A DNA stretch of 64,000 nt, from contig RHPI01003369.1 in assembly GCA_009103225.1 (NCBI GenBank), positions 565,500 through 629,499 of the forward strand, written 5' to 3'. Both the position numbers and the translations under genes were made by a program. Positions 13,501-27,082 of this stretch are shown one piece after another (position 1 is the stretch's first letter; each line of letters starts with the position of its first letter). The notes beneath the pieces are model-generated. The model was not told the DNA's origin. It made no database searches and saw nothing but the letters and a program-made list of their open reading frames with translations. This DNA comes from Chlorokybus atmophyticus. Its lineage: Eukaryota > Plantae > Mesostigma and Chlorokybus algae.

Positions 13501-16500
13501 CATACGTGATTGCCAGGTGTTCATTCTCAGCTCGCAAGGCGAAGTGTTGGATAGGCTCAGCGTAGAACTGTCTCTTCCTGATGGCGTTCATATACAGCAG
13601 ATTGCGTGGCTTCCAGGGTCTCAAAGCCATTTGCTTGTTGTCACAAGCGACAGCATCAGACAGTATGACTTGGCAGCTGACAAGCTTAGCCCTCGTCTGT
13701 ATTTGACCATTCCAGGAGGCAAATGGCGTTCAGCTTGTGTTGTTTGCTGCACTGGAACACCCTCAGTGCTGCTGGCTTTGGCAGATAATGGCCAGCTATA
13801 CCGTCGCACCCTTGACGAGGACACTGATATTCCAATGACAGTATTGGACTTTCCCACCCGCTTGCATTCTGGTCGCTGCACGTCCATCACGTACTCCAAT
13901 AAATTGCAGCTGTTTGCAGCGTCATTTGATGATGGAACATGTGTCCTCGCGCGATTTAACTCGGATGCATCCTCGATGACTGGGTGTGCGGTGGACTTTG
14001 AGAGCAGCACCCAAGGCCGAGGCGAGGGTCTTGCGTTTGTCCCGGATATCGGCTTGGTAGCAGGTGTCCTGCGGAAGCCTGGGGGTTTTCTAGTGTTTGG
14101 TGTGGAACAGGGACAGCTGTCTGTTCAGGTGTTACGGCCAAATGGGTCATCACCTGCTATTGTGGGGTCCGCATCATATGTAGAACCCCGGAGCAAGCAG
14201 TTCTGCACGCTGGTGGTTTGTGAAGATGGAAGTTTGCAGGTAAAATAAGCGTTGAAATTACCAAGGTGTCAACTGCAGCAATTGCAGTTTTTCGGGGCAA
14301 GCATGTGTCACTAGCTCACATTATGCCATTTTCACAGGTCTACACCCCCGTCCATAACAACAGCTGGAAGGAGGTTTTGCCACCATCTACATTGACGCCT
14401 TCCACACCGCAGCACAAACGCAAGTTGGGGTCTACGCACTTGTTCCCTGTGGACTTTTTCGAGTCCACGACAAGCATTACAGCAGACATCAAGCTTGCTG
14501 GAGAGTTTCTGACTGGTACTACTCCAGAGGGTGCCAAAGTGGCACTTGCTTCTGAAGATGGGTTTCTGGAGAGTCCAAACCCTGAAGGTCTCAGGCTTTC
14601 TGTGCAGAATCACAACCCAGAAATGCTGATGGTTGGCTGCCGTATAGCAGTTGGAGCTACGTCCAGTGCGCACATACCCACTGAGTTCCGTGTCTTCAAT
14701 CGCGTGATTCGAACAGATGAGGGTGTTCGCCGGTGGTACGACATTCCTTTCAACAACCAAGAAGCCTTTTCTGCTGGAAAGGAGTTCACCCTCTTCATCT
14801 CACACGCCTACAGCAATGGCATGCTGCCTCGCATTGATTGCCTTGAGGTGTATGGTCGTAATAAAGAAGAGTTTGGCTGGCGGGATCTTGACACACCGAC
14901 TGTTCCTGAGCCATTGGAAGCCAAGGCAGATGGTGAAAACTTATCACCAATGGATGAGGTGCTTTGTGGTTGCCTGCTTGTGTTTACCAGCACTTGTCTT
15001 GCAGTTTCTGTCTTGATATTTGCTTTGTATGGCAACAGGTACTGAAGGGCGCACTAGGTCTTTTGCAGAGGTTGTACATAGTGGGTATTGTTGGAGAGCA
15101 AGAAAGATTACGGCTTGCCGTGTTTGATGGTTGTCAGAAACGACCTGCATTGCGGCCTGATATACGCGCACTACTGCGCTCCCTGCATACAACCGAGGCA
15201 TACAAGCTTCAGTATGATGCAGTGCGGTTGCGGTCAGCAGCGAATGGGATGGGTTTGCTTCAGTCATCCATTGTCCAGGGCGGTCTTCAGGGTAGCTGGG
15301 CCTTGACAGAGTACTACTTGCAGACATGCTTTATTACCAAGGTGGCAGCGGTGCGGCCCAAGAGCCTGGAGAGTTTTCTGCAGGCTCATGGTAAGTTCGA
15401 GCCAAGACTTATCAATAAGTTCGTTGACCTACATGCCTGCATCCTTACCTTGCTGTTCTATATACCATTGGGCGCACTTGTCCTCATGTGACATACCTTT
15501 GGTTACTGTACACAGGCCAGTTCTGTGACCAGTGGTGTGCTATCTTTTTCGCAATACACCCAATGGAAGAAGTACCTGTCAGCATTGTGAGCGAGTTGGT
15601 GTTCGGTGTGGTTGATCTTCTACACACAGAAGCAAAGCTTTTGCATCGCACCGTTGTGGAAGGCGTTTCCCCAAAAGTTGCCTTGAAGCCAATTCATTCC
15701 TGCTTGCAGCGGTTGCTGGCATCACCTTTGCTCACAGTTCGCGCCGCATGCAGGTGCGATCCTGCTGCCTTTGTCGGTCTTTTTCTTGTTTTTCCTTTGT
15801 TGGGTGGGGGGGGAACGCCTGTTTGATCGCGGTGTATGTCTGTCTCGCAGTCTGTCGCTTGCACCCCGTATACTGTCAATACGCATTTCTGTCCCAGCTA
15901 TTGTATCTCCGTCAATAGCAGTGAAGCGTGCGCAAGTCACTGCGTCTCCACCAGCGAGCTTTGAGCCACCACAAAGCAGCGAAGTGCAGTACTGCTGCGA
16001 CCTCTGCGGGATATGTCCAATACCTGACTTGCGGTGGCATTGCGATGTGTGTTCAGATTTTGACTTGTGCGATCGCTGTTTTAACCAAGATCAAGATCAG
16101 TTACAGCTTCAGTTCCCTGGCGAACATACCTCTCTGCACCACATGACCGCCACTCTTGTGAGTGGTCCAGGTGCTACTCTGCACGCAATTGCCACCAATA
16201 TCACTGAGCAGGTGCTGCTGCGCACTACTAGTAGCGGTGCTGATTATTCGGCAGCTGAGGCAGAGAGCAGTTCTCTAGAGGTGTCTGCTAGCCTGCAAGA
16301 ACTGTGGCCAGGAGCACCGGTCGACATGGGTGTAGGAGTGGCGTTGGGTAGGTTTTTGGCTGAGGACCTGGAGCGTATACTGGCCAGTGGTTGCAATGGG
16401 CTGCAACTGCTGCCGTACTTGCAAGTGCTCTCCCAGCTGTGTTCCAGCACTCAAGCCGATGATATGCTGGACCTCGAGCGCATCACTCTGAGCATACTGT

Positions 16501-19500
16501 CGCATCTCAAGGGCTTAGACGAGCTTCCCATTGCTAAGCGTTGCAGTCAAGGCGAAGTGCTGATCTTGTCGCTGATGTTTTTGGCCCTCATCATGCGTGG
16601 TTGGAGGCGATCCGCATCCTCGGACAAGGTGCCTGCTCTGTCATCTGCAAATACAGAGAGCACCCAGAGTAGTGAAAAACGCCAGCGCCAGCGCAGACAG
16701 CGTTCAAGTTCGCAGCTGGAGCGCACTCGCGCTCTCCTGCGACAGCCAACCCTGATTGCCTTGCTAAGAAGGTTGGCGGAGGTAAGCTTGCTTTGTTGCA
16801 GTCTGTTGAAGACATCTGTTGAGCTTGCACACGTAAGGACATTGCGATTGATCTAGTTGAGCGCATTTCAAACAGGCACTGCAAACGATGTTCTGTCCTC
16901 CCGAAGCTGCATATGCTACGCCAGAGGATGCGCCAGGACTGGGGTCACAGACTACGTTGCTGGTTGTGGATACAGAATTTGCGGCTGGAAGCTTCTCCCC
17001 CTTCTTTTCTGATGGCTACGTGAGAGCCCATCAAACTGATCCCTTTGTGGATTATCACAGCTTGCTGTTGGAGAGCACCTTTCGTACAGCGTACAGCTTG
17101 ATTCGAGGAGCGCAAGGGCAACCTAGGGATCGGGTAGAGCCAGAGGTTGGTCTGTCTGACTGGAAGGACTTGCTGTGTAGGTACATCAACCATCCCAAGG
17201 CCGCTTCTGTGCGCAAGTATACCAGACGGTTGCTTGTGCACGCATGCGGGGGCAAGCCTGCGTACTATAGCACCAGGGACGAGCATCAGCTTGCTGATGC
17301 ACTTGCGCAGCTGCAATTCCTACAGTCCTTGCCGATGCTGTCTCACGAGCAACTGGCATTGCTTATGAGGCTTCTCACAGCTGTGTTGGAGATTGCAACT
17401 GCTCGACCGCGGAACTGGCAGCGGTTCTGCTTGCGACACACAGCTTGCATCACGACTCTGCTGGAGGTGGGTGTCTGACTGTGTTGTTCGAGCTGTTGCT
17501 GCACAACATGTTTGAGTGTGATGTGCTATGGTGCAGTGTACGCTTTTGCTGACAGTGTGGCATTCTGGTCGTTCTGAAAAGCCTTGGATGCAGGGTGTAC
17601 ACAAGCTGCCTGATGAGTGCATGCTGCTGGAGGTAAAGCTCTTGGGGTTAACGTACTACACAACGCAAACAGACTCTGCAACACCACCAGACACTCCGGA
17701 GCCTTCAGCACCCGCACAGAGCAGTGGGAGCAAGGACAGTAAAAAGCGAAAGAGCACCAAAGACAAAAAGCAATCTCGCACCAGCAGCGAAGAGCTGGAG
17801 ATGCCAGCCAGCGCCCTTCTTGGTGACAGTGCCTCTCGCTTGACCGCCTTTATTCGAGATATTCTGCTGAGCCGCAATGTGGCTGCTGTCAGAGCGGAAG
17901 CCATCAAAGTGTTGCAAAATCTCTGGCACCACTCGAGCCCAGCAGAGAAAGAGTCTTATGCCCTGCTTCTGCTAAACAACCTGCCTCATGAGTCTTCTTA
18001 CGGACGCAATATCACGGACTTCATGAGCCTTCTGCAATGGGTGGTGGCCAATGTGCTGGACGACCAATTGCTCATGAGCGAGTTGAACCTTCGTGTGTTA
18101 AGCACCATGTGCGCGATCTTGCGCGCTTGCAACTCTCAAATAGCCAATCATCCCAATGCTCCCATCTATGGCACTTTGCAGTCGCTGGTGGAGTTTGAGG
18201 GCTACTACTTGGAGAGCGAGCCATGTCTGGCGTGCAACAACCCTGAGACCCCATTCACCAAACTCAAACTGGAGAACATTAAAGCAGAGACCAAGTACAC
18301 AGATCGTCGTATACTGGTTAAATGCGTCGGCAGTCACGCGATCCAGTCCATGACCATGAATGTTCATGATATTCGGCGCTCCAAAACCGTGCGCACGCTG
18401 CAACTATACTACAGCAATCAGCCTGTTGCAGACTTGTCTGAACTGCGGCAGAACTGGTCACTGTGGAAGCGAGCGCGGACTTGTCATCTCGGCCCTGCTC
18501 AAACAGAGTTGCGCTTGGACTTTGTCGTCCCTTTTGTCGCCTGCAACATCATGGTCGAGTTTGACTCCTTTTATGAGAACCTGCAAGCAGCAAGCCTTGA
18601 CACACTGCAATGCCCTCGCTGCAGCCGCTATGTCACTGACCGGCACGGTATCTGCCGCAACTGTCATGAGAACGCCTACCAGTGCCGCCAGTGCAGGAAT
18701 ATCAACTACGAGAACCTGGATTCGTTCTTGTGCAATGAATGTGGATACTCTAAGTACGGGCGCTTTGAGTTCTCCTTCCTTGCCAGGCCCAGCTTCAGTC
18801 TGGAGAGAATGCAGAGTGCCGAGGACATGCGGCGAGGACTTGAAGTCATTGAGGCAGAGTCAGAGAATGCGCACCGGCGATACCAGCAGTTGTTGGGGTT
18901 CAAGAAGCCCTTGGTGAGGTTATTAGCCAGTATCGGGGACTCAGACTTGGACCCCAAGGATAGCATGGCCCAGATGGTGGGCTCTCTGCCGGCGTCCACC
19001 TCCTTGAAGGTGCACCGAAAGGTAGCCATACTTGGCGTGCTGTATGCAGATAAGTGCAAGCAGGCGTTTGACAGTGTCAGCAAAAGTGTGCAAGCGTTGC
19101 TGGGAGCTCGCCAAACGCTCATGGAGTACCTTAATCGCCGGAATGTCAGCAGTTTCGCAGCCGAGATCCCAACTCCCCAGCCTGCAAGCCATTGCTATGG
19201 CTGTTGCGCCGCCTACATTGTGCCCATTTTGGAGCTGCTTGGGCTGCTTGCAAAGGTACCGCGCATGCCAACATGCCACACTGCTAATTGGTGTTGTTTC
19301 TGACGAGATCTGGTGGCCTGCTTGCAAGTTGTTCTGCTGGCAGCGGAAATTTGTTGACAGCTTGCATACGCTTCCATGGTTCTAGCATTGCATGACTGAT
19401 GGGACTCCTGCAATCTTGCAGGATCCAACTTGCCGGACACAACTTGTGGAGCTAGGCGTGGTCCAGGAGCTGTTTAGCAACAACCTGCATCAGGGCCCAC

Positions 19501-22500
19501 GGCATGCTCGCACTCTGGCTCGCTCTGTGCTGTGCGCGTTGACAAATGGGGATGGATTTGCTGTAACCCAGCTGAGTCACCTGCTGTCTGAGAAAATTGT
19601 CTACTGTCTGGAGCACCATCGCACTATGGATGTAGCGGCCTCTGTCAGAAACGAGATGCAGCTGTTGGCTGATACATGTAGCATTCACGACGAGGTGTGG
19701 AAACTTCGCCTAAAGCTGGCTTTCAACCTGCTGGTTGAGGCGATCAGACAAGGAGTGACGAATCCTGCTGTTGCTGAGCATGTGATTTTGCCTTGTCTTC
19801 GCATCGTATCGCGCTCAAGCACAGGCACAGACAATGATACCGACGCGGGCACCACCTCTGGCACCGCAGATGTGGAAGCACCTTTGGTGGTCCATCATGC
19901 GTGGCTCAACGGTTTTAGTTTGGATGACGTCCGCCGTCAGGAGGTAAGTCAGCTGTGTTGTCTGTCTGTCGCATGCTTCACAACTCTTGTCCTTCCATAT
20001 GCCTAGCCTGCTGCCTATGCCCTGAGCATGTTACATTTGCCGCAGACTTCGCACTTGTCAAAGTCGTCGCATGCACTGGCATTAAAGTACGTCAGGCGCT
20101 GGCGGGGAGCGGTACGTGGGCACATGGAACTGTTGCAGGACAACTGGGTGAGGGAGTTGGTTCTGTGCGAGTGCAGTCAAGCCATACGGCATGAGACAGC
20201 TGTGCTGGTGGATGCTCTTGCAGCCCAGTCCCATAGACGGCAGCTGGCACTCCTGGACCTTCTCACCAAGCTGTTGCCTGTAGCCTGTGCCCGTGGTGAC
20301 AACGCCGCTGAGTTTTTGGACCTGTACGGGAGGCTGCTGCGAACCGAAAGCAACCGCTTGTACTTGGCTGCAAAGGGTTGGTTGGACACTGTCAGCAAAT
20401 CAATCTCAAACGAGGCCGCCAGTCTTCAGGCTAACGAGCAGTTCTTCAGCACCAACTTGTCCCAAGGTTTTGTGTTGAAGCAGTTGATTGAGTTTCTGAT
20501 GGAGTTTCTGAAAGTGTCCACTATTCGCCAGCGATTCGTGCAAGATGGATTGGTGATCAATGCCCTGCAGACGCTGGTGGCTGTGCGCGGTCTGATTGTG
20601 CAGCAGACAAAGCTCACAAGTGACTGTGCAAAGGCGCTGGCTGATTTGCTAAAGAGCATCGGCAGCGCATCAATTGAGTTCCAGCAAGTGTTTGTGCACG
20701 CCTGCATCGCAGCCTTGAAGTCGTTTGCAAAGGGTGATGGACGAGCAACATCTTTAGTTCTTGAGCAACTACGGTCAGTGATCTGCCCAAAGAAACCTGA
20801 GGCTGTCTACATGCTGATTCTCAACAAGACTTCCACACAAGAGGAGTTCATACGAGGCTCGATGACTAAGAATCCATACTCCAGTGCGGAGGTCGGCCCG
20901 CTCATGCGGGATGTCAAGAACCGCATATGTCGCCAGCTGGACCTGCAAGGGCTTCTAGAGGATGACTACGGCATGGAGCTGCTGGTTGCTGGCCAGATTA
21001 TCAGCCTCGACATGAGCGTGAGGCTTGTATATGAGCAAGTGTGGCGTCGGTCAGTACCCGCCACTGCGCATGTTGACAATCCGCCTATGGTTGTCACTTA
21101 CCGGCTGCAGGGGCTTGATGGTGAGGCAACTGAACCCATGGTCGACAACTTGGAAGATCAGGCTGAGGCTGCGACAGACCCAGAGCAGGAGTTCCAAGTG
21201 GCTCATGCTGTGAGAGATTGTGGCGGACTTGAGGTTCTGTTGGAGATGGCCACTGATGGTGGTGAGAGCGGACCCCAGGCGGAGCCGCTACTGACTGTGC
21301 TGCTTCACTGCTGCAAGCTACATGCCAACAGAGTGGCGTTGCTCAAGCTCGGTGCATTGACGGCATTGCTGGAGAAGGCTCGCATGGCTGTGGAAGCCCA
21401 GTCAGACACTGCGGAGCTTTTGCTACTGATCGTGGAAGTACTTGTTATGGAGGCAAACGCTTTGGATGTCCAGTTGAGCTCCAACGTGTCTGCCCCTTTT
21501 GACGCTGCAGCTGCCGTGCGCATGTTTCTGGAGAAGATGTCGTCGGCAGTCTCAAAGTCTCAGAGGCAGCTGGCCGATACAGTCGCACGAATCCTGCCAT
21601 TCTTGGCCTACAATGATGCGCACGCTATGGCAGAACTTGTGGACCATTTCGTTCCCCACACTGACTTTGCAGCACTTGACCAGTCATCACCACAACTAGC
21701 CACCGCACAACGCGTGCAGCTGGAGAGCTTGGTCAAGCTGGCGGAAAGCATCAAGCTGGATGCACCAGGAGGTCGTCTGAAGCAGCTGTTCCTGCAGCAT
21801 CAAGTGACATCACGCGCGGTTCACCACTTGCTGACGGTGTTCCCAACCCAGCAGGACCGCACTTCTCTAGAATGGACAGAGGCTTTAGCGAAGCCGTCAA
21901 TCTCGATCGTGCTTGGGCTTCTTCGTGGCCTTGCGCAAGGGCATGAAGAAACACAGCGGCTCATGCAAGTTTCCAATACATTGGCTCTACTGCATACACT
22001 GGAGACTATGTCTAGTGTGCGCGACATTGGGATCCTGGCTGAAAACATACTGAACGCTGTGAGCGAATCCGCTGAGGGTAACATCCTTGGAGAGGCAGTG
22101 AAACAACTACGCACAACTACCAGAGAGTCAGCTCGACAGCGGTTGCAACAGCAGCGGGATGCTGTCTTAAAGGTATGTAATGTCATGGCGTCTGGTAGTC
22201 ATCCATTCTACAAGTCTTCTGGTTTGCTGTGGTAGTGTGGTAAGCTCTGCATGTACGAATTCTTTGGGCTGACATCTGCAAGCTGCATGCAAAGAATCTG
22301 TTGGGGCTCCAACCATTGAGGCTCTACCCAGGACGCAATCAGCATCTGACTTTGCTGCTGTGTACAGGACTTGGGCATGCGTAGAGAGGTTGGTGCCGAT
22401 GGTGGGGAGAGGATTGTGGCTCATTCGCCCAGCATTGAGGGGCTTGATGAGATCGAAGAGGAGACTGAGTTGGCGTGCATGGTATGTCGCGAGGGCTACT

Positions 22501-23865
22501 CTCTCCGCCCGACAGAAGTCTTGGGGACGTATGTGTTCTGCAAACGCGTCCATCTGACTAGCATCGTTGGCGAGTCAAGTACACAAGTTCTTCCGAGTCC
22601 AGGACGCACTGAGCAGGCATACACGTCAGTCAGCCACTTCAATCTGATTCATTTCAGCTGTCACTTGGACGCCAAGCGCGCAGACGCGTCTCTCAAAGCC
22701 CCAAAGAGGGAGTGGGAGGGTGCAACCCTGCGCAACAGTGAAACCCTCTGCAACAATCTGTTTCCGATCAGAGGTGCCGCTGTGCCTCAGCCACAGTACG
22801 AGCGCTGCATGGACTTGTACTGGGACAACCTCAGCCTCCTGGGCCGCGCAGATGGTGCTCGCTTGCCTCTGCTTGTGCTAGACATCGCAGCACTACTGCG
22901 CCGGTTTGCCACTGGTGCATCATTCAGGTAGGTGCTTGATGGCCGGTTGGTCAATGCTGTGGCCATGCTGCTGTCCATGGTCACTGACAGATACTGATAC
23001 ACTTGCAGCGAGGACTGCAAAGGTGGCGGTCGTGAAAGCAATATCCTTTACTTGCCATTCCTTTGCCAGATGGGTTGCCATTTGCTTCAGCAAACAAGTG
23101 CTGTTCAGGTACCACTCTTCTCGCAATTGCATAGTCTGCACCCATGCCGCATACTCCCCCTCCCAACCGTTGATCTACCATTTAGCACCTACCATTTCTG
23201 ATTAACGGCAATGTGCACCGCAGCGACGTACCTACGAACGATCCTTGGCAACCTTCTTGTCACCAGAGCAAGCGTTTGTCCAGAGCCCTGCGCGCTCAGC
23301 AGCAGTCCCTGTTAGCTCTCCCACACCCACGCATTCAAGTTTGCTCATTCGCATAGAGGACTCCGCACCTTACATGCTGGTGTTGTCCATTTTTGTCGTA
23401 CCATTGTCCGAATGGATGCGGGTACGGCGCAGCATGCTTCAAAAGGCCCTGCAGCATGCGTATCTGCAGCATTGTAAAGCTCGCGGACTTGACCCCGCCA
23501 CGAACATTTCGTCGCCAAGTGACCTGTTTAATGCAGTGAAGCCTGCATTGATCTATATGGGCATTGTTGACCAGCTTCAACAGCTGTTTAAAGCAGCCGA
23601 CCGCAGTCGAGCCGCAAGCGAGCGAGCGTCTTCATCTGAATCTACCGCGGAAGATGTTTGGGCTATCGCCATGCGAGAACGGTCGCAAAACATGGCGCTG
23701 CTGGCCTCCCGAGCGCCTTCAATTTTGGAATTCATTACCGAGCTGGAAGGTGCCCTTGATATCCAGGAAGCCCTGGACATCATGGGCCTTTTGGGCGATG
23801 TGCTCTCGAGTGGAGTCTCATCGTGCGACGCCTTCCTCCAGCAAGCGCTGGCATTCATTGGGTAG
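7571..23865 (+). CDS. BIG: Auxin transport protein BIG / UBR4 (calossin/p600) orthologue, multi-exon giant E3 ligase
   Basis: UBR-box CTFTTSGSSFMEQHWYFCYTCDLTLSKGCCSVCARVCHRGH...FFCDCGAG (~12.39-12.56 kb). Beta-propeller-like region (13.1-14.2 kb). ZZ finger YCCDLCGICPIPDLRWHCDVCSDFDLCDRCF (~16.0 kb). Cys-rich domain EGYYLESEPCLACNNPE...LQCPRCSRYVTDRHGICRNCHENAYQCRQCRNINY (18.2-18.75 kb). UBR4 C-terminal motifs EEFIRGSMTKNPYSS, LEDDYGMELLVAGQIISLD, LACMVCREGY, HFNLIHFSCH. The start codon at 7571 is the best guess. Confidence 0.95.
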
Positions 23866-25645
23866 CCAACTGCGGACTCTCCACCTGTAGAGGTGAAGAA
23901 GTCTACTAACAACTTTGGAGGTTGTTTAGCAACCATAGTGCTCACACGCAGCGTGATTATTATGTGGGTTGCTTTGTAGATGTACCTTCTCTTAGTGCCA
24001 TTGCATTGATGCGTGTACAGAGTTTTTAGTGCTGTCATGAGTTATGGCAGCTTGTCTTGCATGCCTTGCCTGTGTCACAAGTTAGTTAGGATCAGTATAA
24101 TTATGCGTGTTTATGTGTGTGTTGTCCATGGCGTTGGTATACTTGTTGTATGATAGGGTGAGTCAGACTTGTTGTATAACATGAATCTGAGGTCTGATAT
24201 CCGCAAATCTTCCACCCACACGCGCTTGCTACCTGCGGCAATGTAGTGTGGCTGTGTTGCTGTGTGCATTGTGTTGCTTACGTGGTTGGTAGGCATGGAG
24301 TGTGCTACATAGCATGAGCACACGCTTGCTGTGTAAGTAATGAGAGAGACCTACAGTGCACTGTGCAGCGTTTATGTGCCTACCGCTAACTTGTCGGTGC
24401 CCCTAGCCCAACCCTCAGCCCGTGCGCTCAGCTTCCTGTATGCTTAGGGTACGCATCGTAGTCATTTCAAATGTCACACACATGCTCATGTACAAGCAAT
24501 CAGCATACAAGCACAAACTAGCATGCACAACCAACACCAACACAATTATTACACCCGGGGCCGTCCACCACATTTATCCTACACCACACTAAGTGCCTTA
24601 TATGCGATGCAAATAGCGAGCAGCAGGAGCAGGCAGCAACCAACCCATGACTCAACCGACCTGTAGATCACAAGTCACAGGCGAGCGTCAGTCCTTGGGA
24701 AGTGGGCGAGTAGAGGAGCACGAGAGGCAAGGCAAGCGCAGGCAAGAGATGTGCGATGATGTGCTGTGCTTGCCTAGCTGGTGTTGTTCTGACTGTTGAT
24801 TCGAATTAGGTCCTTGTTTCTGCTTCTGTAGGCAAAAACATAGTATAGACTAATCAATACAAGCAAGCTATCAACCACACAACCACACAACCGTAACCAC
24901 ACTTACCAACGTAGCTAGGCACACCACAGTTAGCTCGAGGTGTTAGAACAACAAGCAGGAGTAGGGCGAGCGGCAACAGCAGCAGCGGTAGCAACAAGTT
25001 AGCATTGGTCATTGGCGGCAAGCGTAGGGGCAGCTTTGGACAAGTGCGAACAGCAGCAAGTCATATGCAGCGTCAGACCAGGGCGGCAGCAGTACTGCTG
25101 CCGCCCTGGCTACTTAGCAAGCAAGTATGACAGTAGCAGCAGCGTGCTGGCCCCTCAGCAGCGGAATCAACGCCAGGCTGTAACCACAGTAGCACTTCAC
25201 CTCTCTCTGCATATTATGTCAAAACAACCACAAAGACCCAGTGTCAAAGCCATAACGCTAACCCAGCATCACAAGTCCAAGACATCCACAACGCGCATGC
25301 ACAACACAATACAACTATGCACTACATACAGGGAGCGCTTTGTCACTGGCTTTGCAAATGGCTAATGACGATGGTGGCTGAGGGGTACAATTTGCATGCG
25401 TTGCTTGCCAAACTGCACGTACGTCTATGCAAGAGCAGTTTACTGGTTTATGGGGCTTCCGGACAGCACTTGCACTTACAATTAAAGTTGAGTGCCTCGC
25501 ATGTGGTGCTATAGGGTAATGTGCTCGACACCGACAGACAATACAGTGCTCTCCTTCGACTAACAGGTAATACAAAGTGAGCGCATGCATGTCGGGGACG
25601 TGGACGGGAAGCAAGCAAATGCCCGCATGCATGCTGGTTGGCAGC

Positions 25646-25870
25646 ATTATGACATTTGCTTATCAAGTTCAACATGATCGTTTTAAATGCTGATTGTATG
25701 AGTGATGTCGCCTGATGTAACATTTAATCCTAGCCCTAATGGCCGTCATGTCGCTTTATGTGATGTTTATTATGACATTTGCTTATTCAGTTTTATATAA
25801 ATGTCATAAATGATCTAGGAGTCATGTCGCCTGATGTGACGTTTTAACCCTAACCCTAATGGCCGTAATG
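25646..25870. repeat. Degenerate ~123-bp tandem duplication ending in telomere-like CCCTAA units
   Basis: ATTATGACATTTGCTTAT starts at 25646 and 25769. Both units end ...GTCGCCTGATGT...CCTAGCCCTAAT / AACCCTAACCCTAAT GGCCGT(C/A)ATG. Confidence 0.85.
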
Positions 25871-26189
25871 AGTTGCGCAGATACATAGCACTGCATTGAC
25901 AGCGACCGCGGTGGCTGTCAAGTCGTTATCCTGTAGTCGTTCACTGCCAGTTCCCTGCCACATCGTACTTTGAAGCCGGTGCTGACACCACGGCTGCCAA
26001 GCAGGTAGCCCATTATCGACACCTGTCCTGCTGCCGTATCATCATCGTGGTCGGTCAGTTAACGCCGCCCCTGCTGCTGCTGCTTGCATTTACTTTGCAA
26101 TAGGCCCTTAGCCGGCCCTGATGTATATAGTTACGTATGCTATTGCTTGTTTGCTGGGTTTGGGTGTGCGAATGCATCAGCATGGTTGC

Positions 26190-26745
26190 GCATGTGTGGC
26201 ACAGCCTATTCGATAGATAGTGGCCAACCCGAAGCCGCACACGCGGCCGTCGTTGCTCTCTTCAACAGAGCCACGCCATGAGCCCGTTGTAGTGCACAAG
26301 CAAGCCGCTGCCTGTAGATTGAGATAAACCTAGATATATGTGTCGTATGCAACCCCAGGTGCTAGACCACAGCGCGCGCAGTCGGCAATCCTGCTCACGG
26401 AACGAAGCTCTCAGGGTGCCAAACGTCTCCGCTGCCAAAAGGCTGAACTTGTTTCTCTTGGCGCGCGATTACTGTAATACCGACAGCCAACTCGGCTGCA
26501 CGCGCTCTCCCTCTTGACTGCTCGCTGCATGTGGTAACAGTGGTGTCCAACAGTCGGCGTCAGTTGGTCGGTCGGTCTGTCGAGGCCTGGCTCCGAAGCC
26601 ACCTGGTCCAATCAACGTCCCTGCAACTCCGTTAATGGAATTGGCATGAACAAGAGCGCTTCCTGCTGACCGAGTACCCCGCTTCCCGTAGAACATATTA
26701 CGCCTCGTCACACAGGGCGTTGTGCAAGGCTTTGCGCGGACGACC
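26190..26745 (-). mobile_element. RLE-type (CRE/R2-like) non-LTR retrotransposon, 3' part (endonuclease region), degenerate
   Basis: Minus-strand reading: GRPRKALHNALCDEA*YVLREAGYSV..., LLAAETFGTLRASF..., YRQRLACALQRAHGVALLKRA. These are RLE-domain motifs, interrupted by stops and frameshifts. Confidence 0.7.
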
Positions 26746-27082
26746 TGTAAAGGGAGAAAGCCAAACTCCCCCTTTAATCCTCTACCCCAACACGCACGTC
26801 AACGACCCTACCTACGATGCCGCTGTGACAGTCATGGTAAAGAACTCTCGTCCCCACCACTCACTATCAGCTTCAGCTTTGACCAGTCTGATTGATATGA
26901 ACCAGATAGGGTACGAGTCATGGATATCGCCCGTTGAGACTCATAATTTACATGAGACTCATATAAGGGTCTGGATAAGCATCGAGCGAGGAACCCATGG
27001 AGCTTAGCATGTGATTGACCACTTAAGATCATATGAAATGATGTTAAGGTGAAAACCTGAAGTATAAGAAACGCCCTTGACA
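26746..27082 (-). repeat. 3' LTR of chromovirus A
   Basis: TGTAAAGGGAGAAAG...GCCCTTGACA. Alignable over its length with 48541-48869, but visibly diverged. Confidence 0.9.

Noticed and set aside
24040-25600. CA/GCA-rich stretch downstream of BIG with short ORFs
   Set aside because: No termini, coding motifs or repeat structure that could be supported.
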